Shown here: positions 38,275 to 49,531 of the stretch, in pieces
Numbering within the stretch: the first letter of the stretch is position 1
Layout: every line of letters begins with the position of its first letter
Assembly: GCA_046290225.1 (NCBI GenBank)
Contig: JBKAGE010000037.1
Coordinates: 224,001-288,000, forward strand
Length of the DNA: 64,000 bases
Direction: 5' to 3'
DNA from: Bradymonadia bacterium
Lineage (GTDB): Bacteria > Myxococcota_A > Bradymonadia > UBA7976 > UBA1532
Position numbers and translations under genes: made by a program
Notes under the pieces: model-generated
What the model saw: only the letters and a program-made list of their open reading frames with translations
What the model was told of the DNA's origin: nothing
Database searches by the model: none

Positions 38275-38626
38275 CAGATCACCTCCTTTCCTGGCGCATT
38301 GAACACGGGCAGGGCCCAGACCCCACCATCGCTTGATCACGCTCTCCGAGCCGCCGTCACTCGGGACGCGATGCGCTCGATCCGGCGTACGGATCAAACT
38401 CGGGCACTGAGTGGAGCGCCCTCGTTGCTCTTTCACGGTAACGAAGACAGGGCTCCAAAACAAAAAAAAGCCTGCATCTCGAAACAACCTTGAACGCACA
38501 GGATTTGCCGAGCCCCTCGTGACGAGGGGGGCATGTGTTCAGACAGGGTCAAGTTTCGTCGGCCCCCACCCGTTGTGCATCTGAAGACGCTGTCTCGAAG
38601 ACGCCGAGCAACCTCCGAAGGCCACC

Positions 38627-40927
38627 GTGACCCGCATCCTGCTCATCCACGACCAGAGCGCAGCCCGGGAGAGGCTCCAAGACCTCTTTGCCGAAAAGGA
38701 CGAGATCACGCTGACCAGCGCTGCTGATCTCGACGGTGCTCGACAACATCTACACGACGCTCGCACGCCCTTCGACGCGCTGCTGATCAGGTGGTCTCTC
38801 GCCGATCACCAAGCCCTGAAGCTGCTCAGCACGGTCCGGCCCAACCGGAGCACCCGGCTGCTGGCCTTCAACCCGCAATGGCACCCACATGACTTGAGAC
38901 AGGCGTTTCACCTCGGTGTCGAAGCCTTCTTCACCGAGCCGCTGGAGCCGGGCTCCGTACTCGCCGAGCTGCGCATCATGGAGCGCCTGAGCAAGGGGAT
39001 GACCCGCGCCCGACTGCTCATGCAGGAGCCGGTCTCGCTGCTCGAGCCTCAACGACGCCTCTGGAGCGGCATCGATGATCCGGTGTGGGCCTCTCGCATG
39101 GCCACCCGGGCCGAGCAAGTGCTCATGCTGGTGCAAGAGGAGCACGAGGCCCGGGTCACGCGGGTGAAGACCGATTTGGAGCGGGCCATCATCGACGGCG
39201 CCCCGCTGACCACCAGCCTCACCCTCGGTGTCTGCGCCGCGCTCAGATCTCAAGACCCGGACCTCGTCACCATCGCCGAGGAGCACGGCACGGAGCTGGC
39301 CACCCTCGACACGCTCGTCGAAGCCCTCGAAGCGGACATGGCCGACGAGATCGAGCAGGAGGTTCACCGACCGGAGCTGATCTGGGCGGTGGAGTCGCTC
39401 GCTGTAGAGCTGGACCAGAAAGAGCGGGAGAGCACCCAACTCGACGCCCTCGGTCGCCTGCGCACGCAAGGTCAGGCCATGGTGGAGGCGAGCGCTCCCA
39501 CCCCTGACGTACTCAAGGGCTTCATCAGCGCTCTCATCGACGTCATGCAGTTTCCGCTCACGGAGCTGGGCTCGCTCTCGCCCGACCAGCTCAAGGATCT
39601 CGCCCGCCATGCGTGCTGTGACGATCTCGAGCTGGGGCTGGTACGCATTCGGGTGACCCTGCTCGGCCACAGTCTGCGCGACATCCCTCAGTCGGCCTTC
39701 TTCAGTTTGGAGCCTGATCGCTTCAAAGCCCTCGCCAGCGTTTTCGGCACTCAGCCCAACCGGATCGGTGACGCCCTCGAAGAGATCAAAGATGTGCTCG
39801 CTGCGGTCGACCCCGGAGTGACGGAGCCCCTGCCCGACTTGAGCAAGCTGCGTCGGATCGCCCGCAACATGAAGCATGCGGTAGGTGTGCCTGGTGTGTC
39901 TTCGGATCGGCTGAAGGCGGTGCTTCTCAGCCTCGCGGATGCGGGTGAGCCTGATGGTGAGCTCGACACGCGGCGCATCAGCGCGTTGCACGCCCAAATC
40001 GAAATGCTGCTCACGGCCAGGGTGAGCCGGTCGGTGCTCTATGCCCTGGGGCGCGCGATGGCCGCGGCAGAGGAAGACGAGGCTCACCCTCTAGGCGCTA
40101 CGAGCAAGCAAATCGGCGCCTTGATGCGTCCGCAGGGTGATCCGCAGCTGCCAGACGAGATCAACCAGTGGGCCATGATGCCTCAGAACCAGCGGCCCAC
40201 GCTGTTGGCCATGAGCGCCCGTGGTGCCCGCCTCGGCGCGGCAGCTGCGCCTGCCGCCCCAGCACCATCGGCACCTGCGCCAGCACCCGCCCCAGCGCCC
40301 CCCGCTGCAGAGCCTGAGGCCGCACCAGCCCAAAGCGCCCCCCAACAGAGCCCGCCCGCACAGGCTCAACGACCAGGTCGCGGCAACCACCGCACGGCGC
40401 CCAAACACCAGTACAAAGGCCCCCCGGAGCTGGTCGCCTTCCTGGAAGAGCATTCGAACGATCTCACGGGGATCCTCGCCCACCTGCGCGATCTCAAATC
40501 GAAGGGCGACGACGGCACGCTCAAGCAGCTCCGACAGATGCTCGGGCTCCGAGCAGGGCCCAGCACCACCCAGGATGTGCGCCGCCTGATGGGCGAATCT
40601 CGCCTCGATGGCGCCTATGTCGCCGCCCAGGAGCTCACCGACGAAGACCAGAAGACCGCGCCGATGCTCAACGAGGTGGCGTTGTCGCTGAGGGTCTTTG
40701 GCCATGTACAGGAGGGCGCCGAGCTCTTCGAACGCGCCACACGGTTGCAGCCCAACAGGCCCTCGCTCTTGTTCAACTATGCCCGCATCAAGATCGAGCT
40801 CGGGCATTACGAGGAGGCCATGGAGTTGCTTGAGCGGGTCATCAAGCTCGCCCCGGATCTCAAAGCAGCCAAGGCTTTGCTCTTCAACGTGCGCAAGCGC
40901 CTTCAGGCACGCTCAGCGGCATCGTAG
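38627..40927 (+). CDS. Pseudo-receiver + helical + C-terminal TPR protein
   Basis: RILLIHD...DALLIRW receiver-like fold with Arg at the phospho-Asp position; Pro/Ala linker; LFERATRLQPN...LFNYA TPRs. Confidence 0.7.
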   Translation: MTRILLIHDQSAARERLQDLFAEKDEITLTSAADLDGARQHLHDARTPFDALLIRWSLADHQALKLLSTVRPNRSTRLLAFNPQWHPHDLRQAFHLGVEAFFTEPLEPGSVLAELRIMERLSKGMTRARLLMQEPVSLLEPQRRLWSGIDDPVWASRMATRAEQVLMLVQEEHEARVTRVKTDLERAIIDGAPLTTSLTLGVCAALRSQDPDLVTIAEEHGTELATLDTLVEALEADMADEIEQEVHRPELIWAVESLAVELDQKERESTQLDALGRLRTQGQAMVEASAPTPDVLKGFISALIDVMQFPLTELGSLSPDQLKDLARHACCDDLELGLVRIRVTLLGHSLRDIPQSAFFSLEPDRFKALASVFGTQPNRIGDALEEIKDVLAAVDPGVTEPLPDLSKLRRIARNMKHAVGVPGVSSDRLKAVLLSLADAGEPDGELDTRRISALHAQIEMLLTARVSRSVLYALGRAMAAAEEDEAHPLGATSKQIGALMRPQGDPQLPDEINQWAMMPQNQRPTLLAMSARGARLGAAAAPAAPAPSAPAPAPAPAPPAAEPEAAPAQSAPQQSPPAQAQRPGRGNHRTAPKHQYKGPPELVAFLEEHSNDLTGILAHLRDLKSKGDDGTLKQLRQMLGLRAGPSTTQDVRRLMGESRLDGAYVAAQELTDEDQKTAPMLNEVALSLRVFGHVQEGAELFERATRLQPNRPSLLFNYARIKIELGHYEEAMELLERVIKLAPDLKAAKALLFNVRKRLQARSAAS

Positions 40928-40984
40928 ACCACACCCTCTGCCACCTTTTCCGCTGCGTGGCGTCCTTTACATCAAAGATGTGGA

Positions 40985-42052
40985 ATGGATGCGCACATGC
41001 ACGGAATCCTCTCGTGGACTTTGGAGCAGGTCGAGCGCGGCCGCGTACCTGATGTGGCCGTGCGGGCAGGCATCAGGCGACTGCTCGCGCAACGACAGAG
41101 CCGACTCATGGCCGGTGGGTGTGAGGCGCGGCAAGCTCGCACAGAGGCCCTCGTCGAAGGCCTCCGCGCCGGACCCGTCGCCGTGGACACCGACGCCGCC
41201 AATGCTCAGCACTACGAAGTCCCTGGTGCTTTCTTCGAGCGCGTGCTGGGCCCTCACCTCAAATACAGCTGCTGTCACTGGTCCCCAGGCGTCACCGATC
41301 TGGCCATAGCGGAGGCCGAGGCGCTGCAGATCACCTGCGAGCGTGCAGAGCTCGCCGACGGCATGCGGATTCTGGAGCTGGGGTGTGGATGGGGCTCGCT
41401 GTCGCTCTGGATGGCCGAGCACTACCCCGACGCGCAGATCACCGCCGTTTCGAACTCCAGCGGGCAGCGGGCCTGGATCACTGCAGAGGCGCAGCGTCGG
41501 GGGCTCGACAACCTCACCCTCGTCACCGCCGACATGAACACCTTCGAAGCGCCCGCGACCGATCATGGCCGAGGGTACGATCGGGTGATCTCCATCGAGA
41601 TGTTCGAGCACATGCGGAACTGGCCTGCCCTGATGCAGCGCATCAGCACCTGGCTCGCCCCTGGTGGGCGCCTCTTCACGCACGTCTTCTGCCACCGCGA
41701 TACGCCGTACATTTTCGAAGATTCTGGGCCTGCAGACTGGATGAGCCGGCACTTCTTCACTGGTGGGCTCATGCCTTCGGACGATCTGTTCCATCGTTTT
41801 CAGGACGACTTGCGACTCGTGCGAAGATGGCGATGGTCAGGTGTGCACTACCAGAAGACCGCCGAGGCCTGGCTGGCTCGGATGGATGCCGCCCACGACA
41901 CGCTGACACCAGTTCTCGAGGCCATCTACACCGAAGACGTGGAGCGCTGGCGTGCGCGCTGGCGGGTGTTTTTCATGGCCTGCGCGGAGTTGTTCGGCGA
42001 CGCAGAGGGCGAGCGCTGGTGGGTGGGGCACTACCTGTTCGAGCGGCCCTGA
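40985..42052 (+). CDS. SAM-dependent methyltransferase (CFA synthase/coclaurine NMT-like)
   Basis: ANAQHYE, LKYSCC, ILELGCGWGSL, SIEMFEHMRN, FFTGGLMPS; start may be 40997. Confidence 0.92.
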   Translation: MDAHMHGILSWTLEQVERGRVPDVAVRAGIRRLLAQRQSRLMAGGCEARQARTEALVEGLRAGPVAVDTDAANAQHYEVPGAFFERVLGPHLKYSCCHWSPGVTDLAIAEAEALQITCERAELADGMRILELGCGWGSLSLWMAEHYPDAQITAVSNSSGQRAWITAEAQRRGLDNLTLVTADMNTFEAPATDHGRGYDRVISIEMFEHMRNWPALMQRISTWLAPGGRLFTHVFCHRDTPYIFEDSGPADWMSRHFFTGGLMPSDDLFHRFQDDLRLVRRWRWSGVHYQKTAEAWLARMDAAHDTLTPVLEAIYTEDVERWRARWRVFFMACAELFGDAEGERWWVGHYLFERP

Positions 42053-42056
42053 GCGC

Positions 42057-42503
42057 TCAAGGGCGCACCATCATCACGTGGGGGATCTCCGCCTCGTAGA
42101 AGACATCACCCTCCCGACGCCAGCCCAAACGGGCGTACCAGGCCTCGAGATGGGCTTGGGCGTGCAGCTCTGCCGACACATCACCCATGGCCTCTTGCAC
42201 CTGCTCCATCAACCACGTGCCATAGCCACCCCGTTGGCGCTCGGGGTGCACCGCCACCCGACCCACCACCTGCGGGCTCTGCTCGGTGAACACGCGGGCG
42301 GTGCCGATGAGCAGCTCACCGTGCCAGAGCATGGCGTGGGCACACTCGGGATCACGGCCGTCGACCTCGGGCTCCGAGGTGATGCCCTGGCCTACGACGA
42401 AGACGAGATCGCGCAGGTGCAGGATGGCATACAGATCGTCTTTGGAGAGATCGGCCCAGGGGGTGAGCCGGAAGGTCAACTGATCAGTGGGCAGGGTGCT
42501 CAT
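42057..42503 (-). CDS. ElaA-like GNAT acetyltransferase
   Basis: LYAILHLRDLVFVVGQ, GRVAV..RGGYG, HAQAHLEAWY, EAEIPHVMM. Confidence 0.88.
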   Translation of the reverse strand: MSTLPTDQLTFRLTPWADLSKDDLYAILHLRDLVFVVGQGITSEPEVDGRDPECAHAMLWHGELLIGTARVFTEQSPQVVGRVAVHPERQRGGYGTWLMEQVQEAMGDVSAELHAQAHLEAWYARLGWRREGDVFYEAEIPHVMMVRP

Positions 42504-42543
42504 GGGGTGAGGTTATACACCCCATGGTCACTGCGCAGGAACC

Positions 42544-43407
42544 TCAGAAGCCGTCTTCGCCGCCAAAGTCGTCTTCGCCGTCGAAGTCGTCCTCACCACC
42601 GAAGTCGTCGTTGTAGCAAGCAGCGTCGATCTGCTCGCAGCTGAGGTTCTGGTTTGCAGTGATACAGGCAGCCTCGGCAGCGGCCTCGGGATCCTGTGCG
42701 ATGAACTGCGTGCAGATCTCGACGCACTGGGCCTCGTCACCGAAGATATCTGCCGACTCCGCGGGGGCGCACCGGAAGGTCGTCGAGCACAAAGCGTTGC
42801 AGTCAGCGGCGCCCCCGGGGTTCACCGGGCCGCCCCCACCGCCGCCCCCCACAGGCTCGGGCTCGACGAAGTCATCCTCGTCGAAGTCACTGCAGAGGCC
42901 TTCCTGGCTGGCGAAGGTGCTGAACTCAGCGCACTCGTTGGCGATGAGGGTCTGTACCGCGCCGAGCTCTTCGGCGGTGGCTGCAGAGACGCACTCAGGC
43001 ACGCACTCGGAGACGGCAGCCTGCACATCGGCGTCGGAGAGGGTGAAGCCACAGGCGGAGGCGAAGCACTGCACCAGCCCGGTGCAGGCCACGGCACAGC
43101 TCTCGTTGCTCACGGGCACGGGCTCGCCCTGCACGCCGGAGAGGGCGCCATCGCCGCCGCCCTGCTGCTCGCCGCCGGCCTCACCGCCACCACCCTGCTG
43201 CTCGCCACCGCCAGCGGGAGTGCCGTCGCCGTTCCCGGCGCTGTTGTTGCTGCTGCCCCCAAAGAGGCTGCCGAGGGGGCTGCCGCTCCCACTCCCGCTG
43301 CCACTGCCATTCCCGTCATCGCTGTCGTCGTCACAGCCAGTGAAGGCGAGGCTCGCCGCAGCGAGGCTCAGGGCGATCATCGTGTTCAATCGGAAGGTGC
43401 GGTGCAT
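42544..43407 (-). CDS. Hypothetical Cys-rich acidic lipoprotein
   Basis: GAGGGGAG RBS; lipobox FTGC; two CxxxC...C...CxxxC modules; C-terminal (DDFGGE)-like repeats. Confidence 0.75.
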   Translation of the reverse strand: MHRTFRLNTMIALSLAAASLAFTGCDDDSDDGNGSGSGSGSGSPLGSLFGGSSNNSAGNGDGTPAGGGEQQGGGGEAGGEQQGGGDGALSGVQGEPVPVSNESCAVACTGLVQCFASACGFTLSDADVQAAVSECVPECVSAATAEELGAVQTLIANECAEFSTFASQEGLCSDFDEDDFVEPEPVGGGGGGGPVNPGGAADCNALCSTTFRCAPAESADIFGDEAQCVEICTQFIAQDPEAAAEAACITANQNLSCEQIDAACYNDDFGGEDDFDGEDDFGGEDGF

Positions 43408-43592
43408 GAGACTCCCCTCTCATCGGACGCTCGACTGTTCATTCAGTCAGTGTGTTCGGGCCACTCCACCGTGGTGGCATGGCCCCTCTAACGCGCTTCG
43501 CGAGGTAAAATTCAGAAATTGGCCGTTCATTGCAAGTCACCCCCTCAGAAAGCCCGCTGGCGTCTGTAGATCGCGGTGGCTAGTCTGGCACC

Positions 43593-44843
43593 ATGACCGG
43601 CCCGTCAGATGCACAACTCGTCGAACGTCAGCGCGTGGCTCACTTTGCCGCCCTCAGGCGCCTGTGCATCACCGGCACCAACGGCAAAACCAGCACAGCA
43701 GGCCTCGTGGACGCCATGCTCGGCGCCGCAGGCCGCCACCGTGCTCAGGTCACCACCCTCGGCGCATCCCTCGACGGCACTCCGATCCGTACCGGTGTGG
43801 ACTTCGACGCCTTTGCCGACGCCGTCGATGGTCTGCCAGAAGGCGGTGAGCTCATCTTGGAGGTCACCAGCGAATCTCTCGCCGAGGGCTTCTGTTGGCG
43901 CTGGCCCCCACACATCGCCGCAGTCACCCACGTCACCCGGGATCACCTCGACGTGCACGGCACTCTGGAGCGCTACCTCGCAGCCAAAGGGCAGCTGCTC
44001 ATGGCGTTGCCGGCAGAGGGTGTGGCCGTGCTCAACGCCAACTGCCCGAGCAGTGCGCTGCTCAGCGAGTTGGTCCCCCCAGGGGTGCAATTGCTCACCT
44101 TTGCTCTCGCCGATGAGCCTCGGCACCTCGAAGGCACGCCGACGCTCACCGCACAGGAGATCGTCGACACACCACAGGGGGTGCGAGTGCATTTGGCACC
44201 AAGCCCCCTCGCCGAACGCCTCGGTGGCATGTTGCAGTTGTCCGTCTCCGGCACCTTTCAGGGCCCCAACGTGCTCGCCGCGGCCCTGGTGGCTCACAGC
44301 GCCGGTGTGCAACCGGAGCACATCTCCCGAGGTGCCCATGCCTTCTGCGGTGTGCGCGGACGCTTTGAGATCGTCGGCGGCCCCCCTAAGGTCATCGTCG
44401 ACTATGCCCACAACCCCGACGGCCTCCAGCGGGCGCTTCAGGCCGCGCGGCAACATCTCGATCCTGGCGGGCGGCTGTGGTGCCTCTTCGGCGCCGGGGG
44501 CGAGCGGGATGCAGGGAAGCGACCGCTCATGGGCGTCGTGGCCGCCACAGAGGCCGATCAGGTCTACCTGACCGCGGACAACCCACGGCACGAGTCTGCT
44601 GCGCACATTGCCGAGGAGATCAAATCAGGGGCGGATGCTTTGGATGTCGCCTGCGAGTGGGTATACATCTCCGACCGGCGCCGAGCCATCGAGGCGATCA
44701 TCACCGCGGCACAGCCCGGTGATGTGGTCCTGCTCGCCGGCAGAGGTCACGAGCGCACCCAACAGGTGGGTGATCGCGTCATTGATTTCGATGAGATTGA
44801 AGAGGCGCGGGCTGCGCTGAGTCAGCGCAACGACGACAGATGA
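43593..44843 (+). CDS. MurE-like Mur ligase paralogue lacking the N-terminal domain
   Basis: ITGTNGKTST P-loop at about residue 26, DHLDVHG, GRFE, VDYAHNPDG, GGERDAGKRPLMG, DNPR, AGRGHE; outside any dcw cluster. Confidence 0.9.
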   Translation: MTGPSDAQLVERQRVAHFAALRRLCITGTNGKTSTAGLVDAMLGAAGRHRAQVTTLGASLDGTPIRTGVDFDAFADAVDGLPEGGELILEVTSESLAEGFCWRWPPHIAAVTHVTRDHLDVHGTLERYLAAKGQLLMALPAEGVAVLNANCPSSALLSELVPPGVQLLTFALADEPRHLEGTPTLTAQEIVDTPQGVRVHLAPSPLAERLGGMLQLSVSGTFQGPNVLAAALVAHSAGVQPEHISRGAHAFCGVRGRFEIVGGPPKVIVDYAHNPDGLQRALQAARQHLDPGGRLWCLFGAGGERDAGKRPLMGVVAATEADQVYLTADNPRHESAAHIAEEIKSGADALDVACEWVYISDRRRAIEAIITAAQPGDVVLLAGRGHERTQQVGDRVIDFDEIEEARAALSQRNDDR

Positions 44844-44858
44844 GGTTCAGGGGAGATC

Positions 44859-45260
44859 ATGAAAATCGATCGCGAAGGATTCCTCGCCGCGGCCATGTTG
44901 ATGGCGTTGAGTCACCAGACCTCGGCAGCCCCCCAACATGCCCCCCAGGAAGGGGAGGACGCTGAAGTGAGTCGCCTGAAAGATCAGGCGGGCTCCTCTG
45001 CTCGGGAGGGTGGCCGTCGTCGCAGCCCGTCGGCAGAAGCTGGCAAGCGCCCACGACGCAGCCCCGCTGCGGAAGCTGGCAAGCGTCCGCGCCGCAGCCC
45101 GTCGGCAGAGGCTGGCCGTCGCCCACGCCATAGTCCTGCAGCGGAGGCCGGCAGCCGACCTCGGCGCAGCCCTGCCGCAGAAGCCGGCGCACGCCCACGG
45201 CGCAGCCCCGCAGCCGAGTCCGGCGCTCGGCGACCTCGGCGCAGCCCCGCCAGGGAGTGA
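44859..45260 (+). CDS. Small leader-bearing tandem-repeat protein (7 x SPxxE), candidate modified-peptide precursor
   Basis: GGGGAG RBS; 15 bp after the ligase stop; MKIDREGFLAAAMLMAL leader; 36-bp repeats at 45018-45257 with synonymous divergence. Confidence 0.8.
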   Translation: MKIDREGFLAAAMLMALSHQTSAAPQHAPQEGEDAEVSRLKDQAGSSAREGGRRRSPSAEAGKRPRRSPAAEAGKRPRRSPSAEAGRRPRHSPAAEAGSRPRRSPAAEAGARPRRSPAAESGARRPRRSPARE

Positions 45261-46202
45261 TCAATCCCCAGGCACAGCAGGCACGGCGCTCTCTGTCGGT
45301 GGCCTGCTCCCCTCCCCTGCAGCCCCCGCGTCTCTGCGCTCTGGCTGATCGATGTGATGCATCGGATCTGGATAGAACACGTCTTTGATCGGTGTCGCCG
45401 GGAGCGCCTCGCGCTCTTCTGGTGTCAGCAAATAGGGTGGCACCATGTCTTCATCAGGCCTGTGCCAGCGTGGGTGCACCACGCCGTGGCCCTCTTGGAA
45501 CCACCCTTCAGAAGGCCAGAGTCGGCTGCCGATGCGCTCGTACGTCTCGGCGCTGAACAAAAAGCGGGCAAAGAGATCAGGGCTTGGGGCGGTGAGCGAC
45601 AACACCACCACGGATCCCAGCGCCGCTGCTGAAGCCTTGGGGCTGCGTCGGTCGAACATCTTGAAGGCGGTCCCGAAGGACTTCTTCACCCGTTGTCGTA
45701 CTAGGTCGACGCTGTACATCTCGTCGAGGATCAAGTGCACCAGGCAGCCCACGAAGGCCATGAAGCCCATCATCCAGGCCATGAGGGGCCCTCGGCCCCC
45801 CACCCACCGGGCGAGGTGCACCACCACCAGCGCCATGGCCATCGAGGCCAGCACGGAGTGAAACACGCCTCGATGCACGGTGAGCTTGGCAAAGAGCCGA
45901 CTCGCCCCGTAGCGGACCAGGCCATACATCAGGCAGCACGAGAGCCACAGCTCCAAGATCGAGAGATGATCGGCGAACATCAGCAACACCGCCGCCGCGG
46001 TGCCGATGCCCATGAGCCCGAAGACGAGGCGCAGGGCGTGAGAATGATCTGAGTCGATGTCCGGGAGCACGCCCCCGATGGTGCCCACGGCCCAGAGGGC
46101 CACGGCGTCTGGTGGGTCGATGACGTCGGCGCCGAGACACGCCGTGGCGAAGAGGCCGGTGGCGAGGGTGGCCCCGGCGATGTGGGTGTTGAAGTCGGCC
46201 AC
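45261..46202 (-). CDS. Membrane-bound metal-dependent hydrolase (YdjM-like)
   Basis: FNTH, GGVLPDIDSD, HRGVFHS, HLILDE motifs with TM segments. Confidence 0.85.
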   Translation of the reverse strand: MADFNTHIAGATLATGLFATACLGADVIDPPDAVALWAVGTIGGVLPDIDSDHSHALRLVFGLMGIGTAAAVLLMFADHLSILELWLSCCLMYGLVRYGASRLFAKLTVHRGVFHSVLASMAMALVVVHLARWVGGRGPLMAWMMGFMAFVGCLVHLILDEMYSVDLVRQRVKKSFGTAFKMFDRRSPKASAAALGSVVVLSLTAPSPDLFARFLFSAETYERIGSRLWPSEGWFQEGHGVVHPRWHRPDEDMVPPYLLTPEEREALPATPIKDVFYPDPMHHIDQPERRDAGAAGEGSRPPTESAVPAVPGD

Positions 46203-46400
46203 AGCAGCTCACGTGCAGTTGAGCGGAGCACTATACCAAACAGACGTTCAGTCTGCAGCGTTCTCTGCAGGTGTAGGCCGGGGGCCCGGCCTTGTCTCGG
46301 GCGATGCTGTCGGGGGCGGGATTTGCGAGTCGTCGTAGGGAGAGGGCAACGAAGAGTGCATGGCAGAGGTCAACAGCTCATCATCAACTGGGCATCAACC

Positions 46401-48926
<2,526 letters not shown>

Positions 48927-49187
48927 GGGCGGCGGTGCCTCTCTGGTGGTGCATGTTCAGGGACGAACGGCACGTTATCCGAGGGGCTTGAGATCAGCAA
49001 TCTGGGAGAGAGGCCTGGAGATGGAAAGTGCACTCGAGGGCGCATTCACCATCATCCCCTCAGAAATACTCACAAAAGACAAAAAAGCAGAACCATTATC
49101 CATCACCCTCGCAACGATATAGATCGTCTTGAAAACCACGCCCCCTCGACGGCAGCCTGATGAATGAGGCTGTAGAAAGACCAGCCC

Positions 49188-49397
49188 ATGCGCTTCGTGA
49201 CCCCCATGCTCACCCTCGTCGGTTCGATCGCCCTCGCCGTCAGCTTCTATCTCGATCTGCACCCCACCCAGGCAACGCCTGTAGATCACGCCGCAACCTC
49301 AGCGGGCACCCTCGATCTCGACGATGCCCATGCGCTGAACATCCTGGATGCAGTGAAGACAGATACATGCGATCTGTTCAGGCCGGACGACTCCTGA
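49188..49397 (+). CDS. Small hypothetical exported/membrane protein
   Basis: Hydrophobic N-terminus and coding-like codon usage; weak RBS. Confidence 0.45.
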   Translation: MRFVTPMLTLVGSIALAVSFYLDLHPTQATPVDHAATSAGTLDLDDAHALNILDAVKTDTCDLFRPDDS

Positions 49398-49531
49398 CAT
49401 GGTGATGCGCGCTCATCGTGCTCTGCATTCGGATTGAGTCGGGAGGGCGTTGACCCCGAAAAAAGACGAGCCAGAAAAAGAAGTACACACAACGTGCGTA
49501 GGCAGGGGTGTCCACATTCAGGAGACCCCCT

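Noticed and set aside
38277..38290. 16S rRNA gene fragment
   Set aside because: Only the terminal 14 nt match and no other rRNA sequence is present; treated as an extended SD instead
38089..38493. 134-aa ORF in the intergenic region
   Set aside because: Non-coding-like composition and no motifs; the region is better explained by minus-strand RNA structure
43520..43534. Sigma54 promoter for the Mur ligase operon (TGGCCGTTCATTGCA)
   Set aside because: Spacing is GG-N9-GC, whereas sigma54 requires N10
43593..44843. Calling this the housekeeping murE
   Set aside because: N-terminal domain missing, donor-site motifs altered, and no ftsI/murF/mraY neighbours
45018..45257. CRISPR array (36-bp periodicity)
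   Set aside because: Units are contiguous with no spacers, in frame and synonymously diverged; no cas genes
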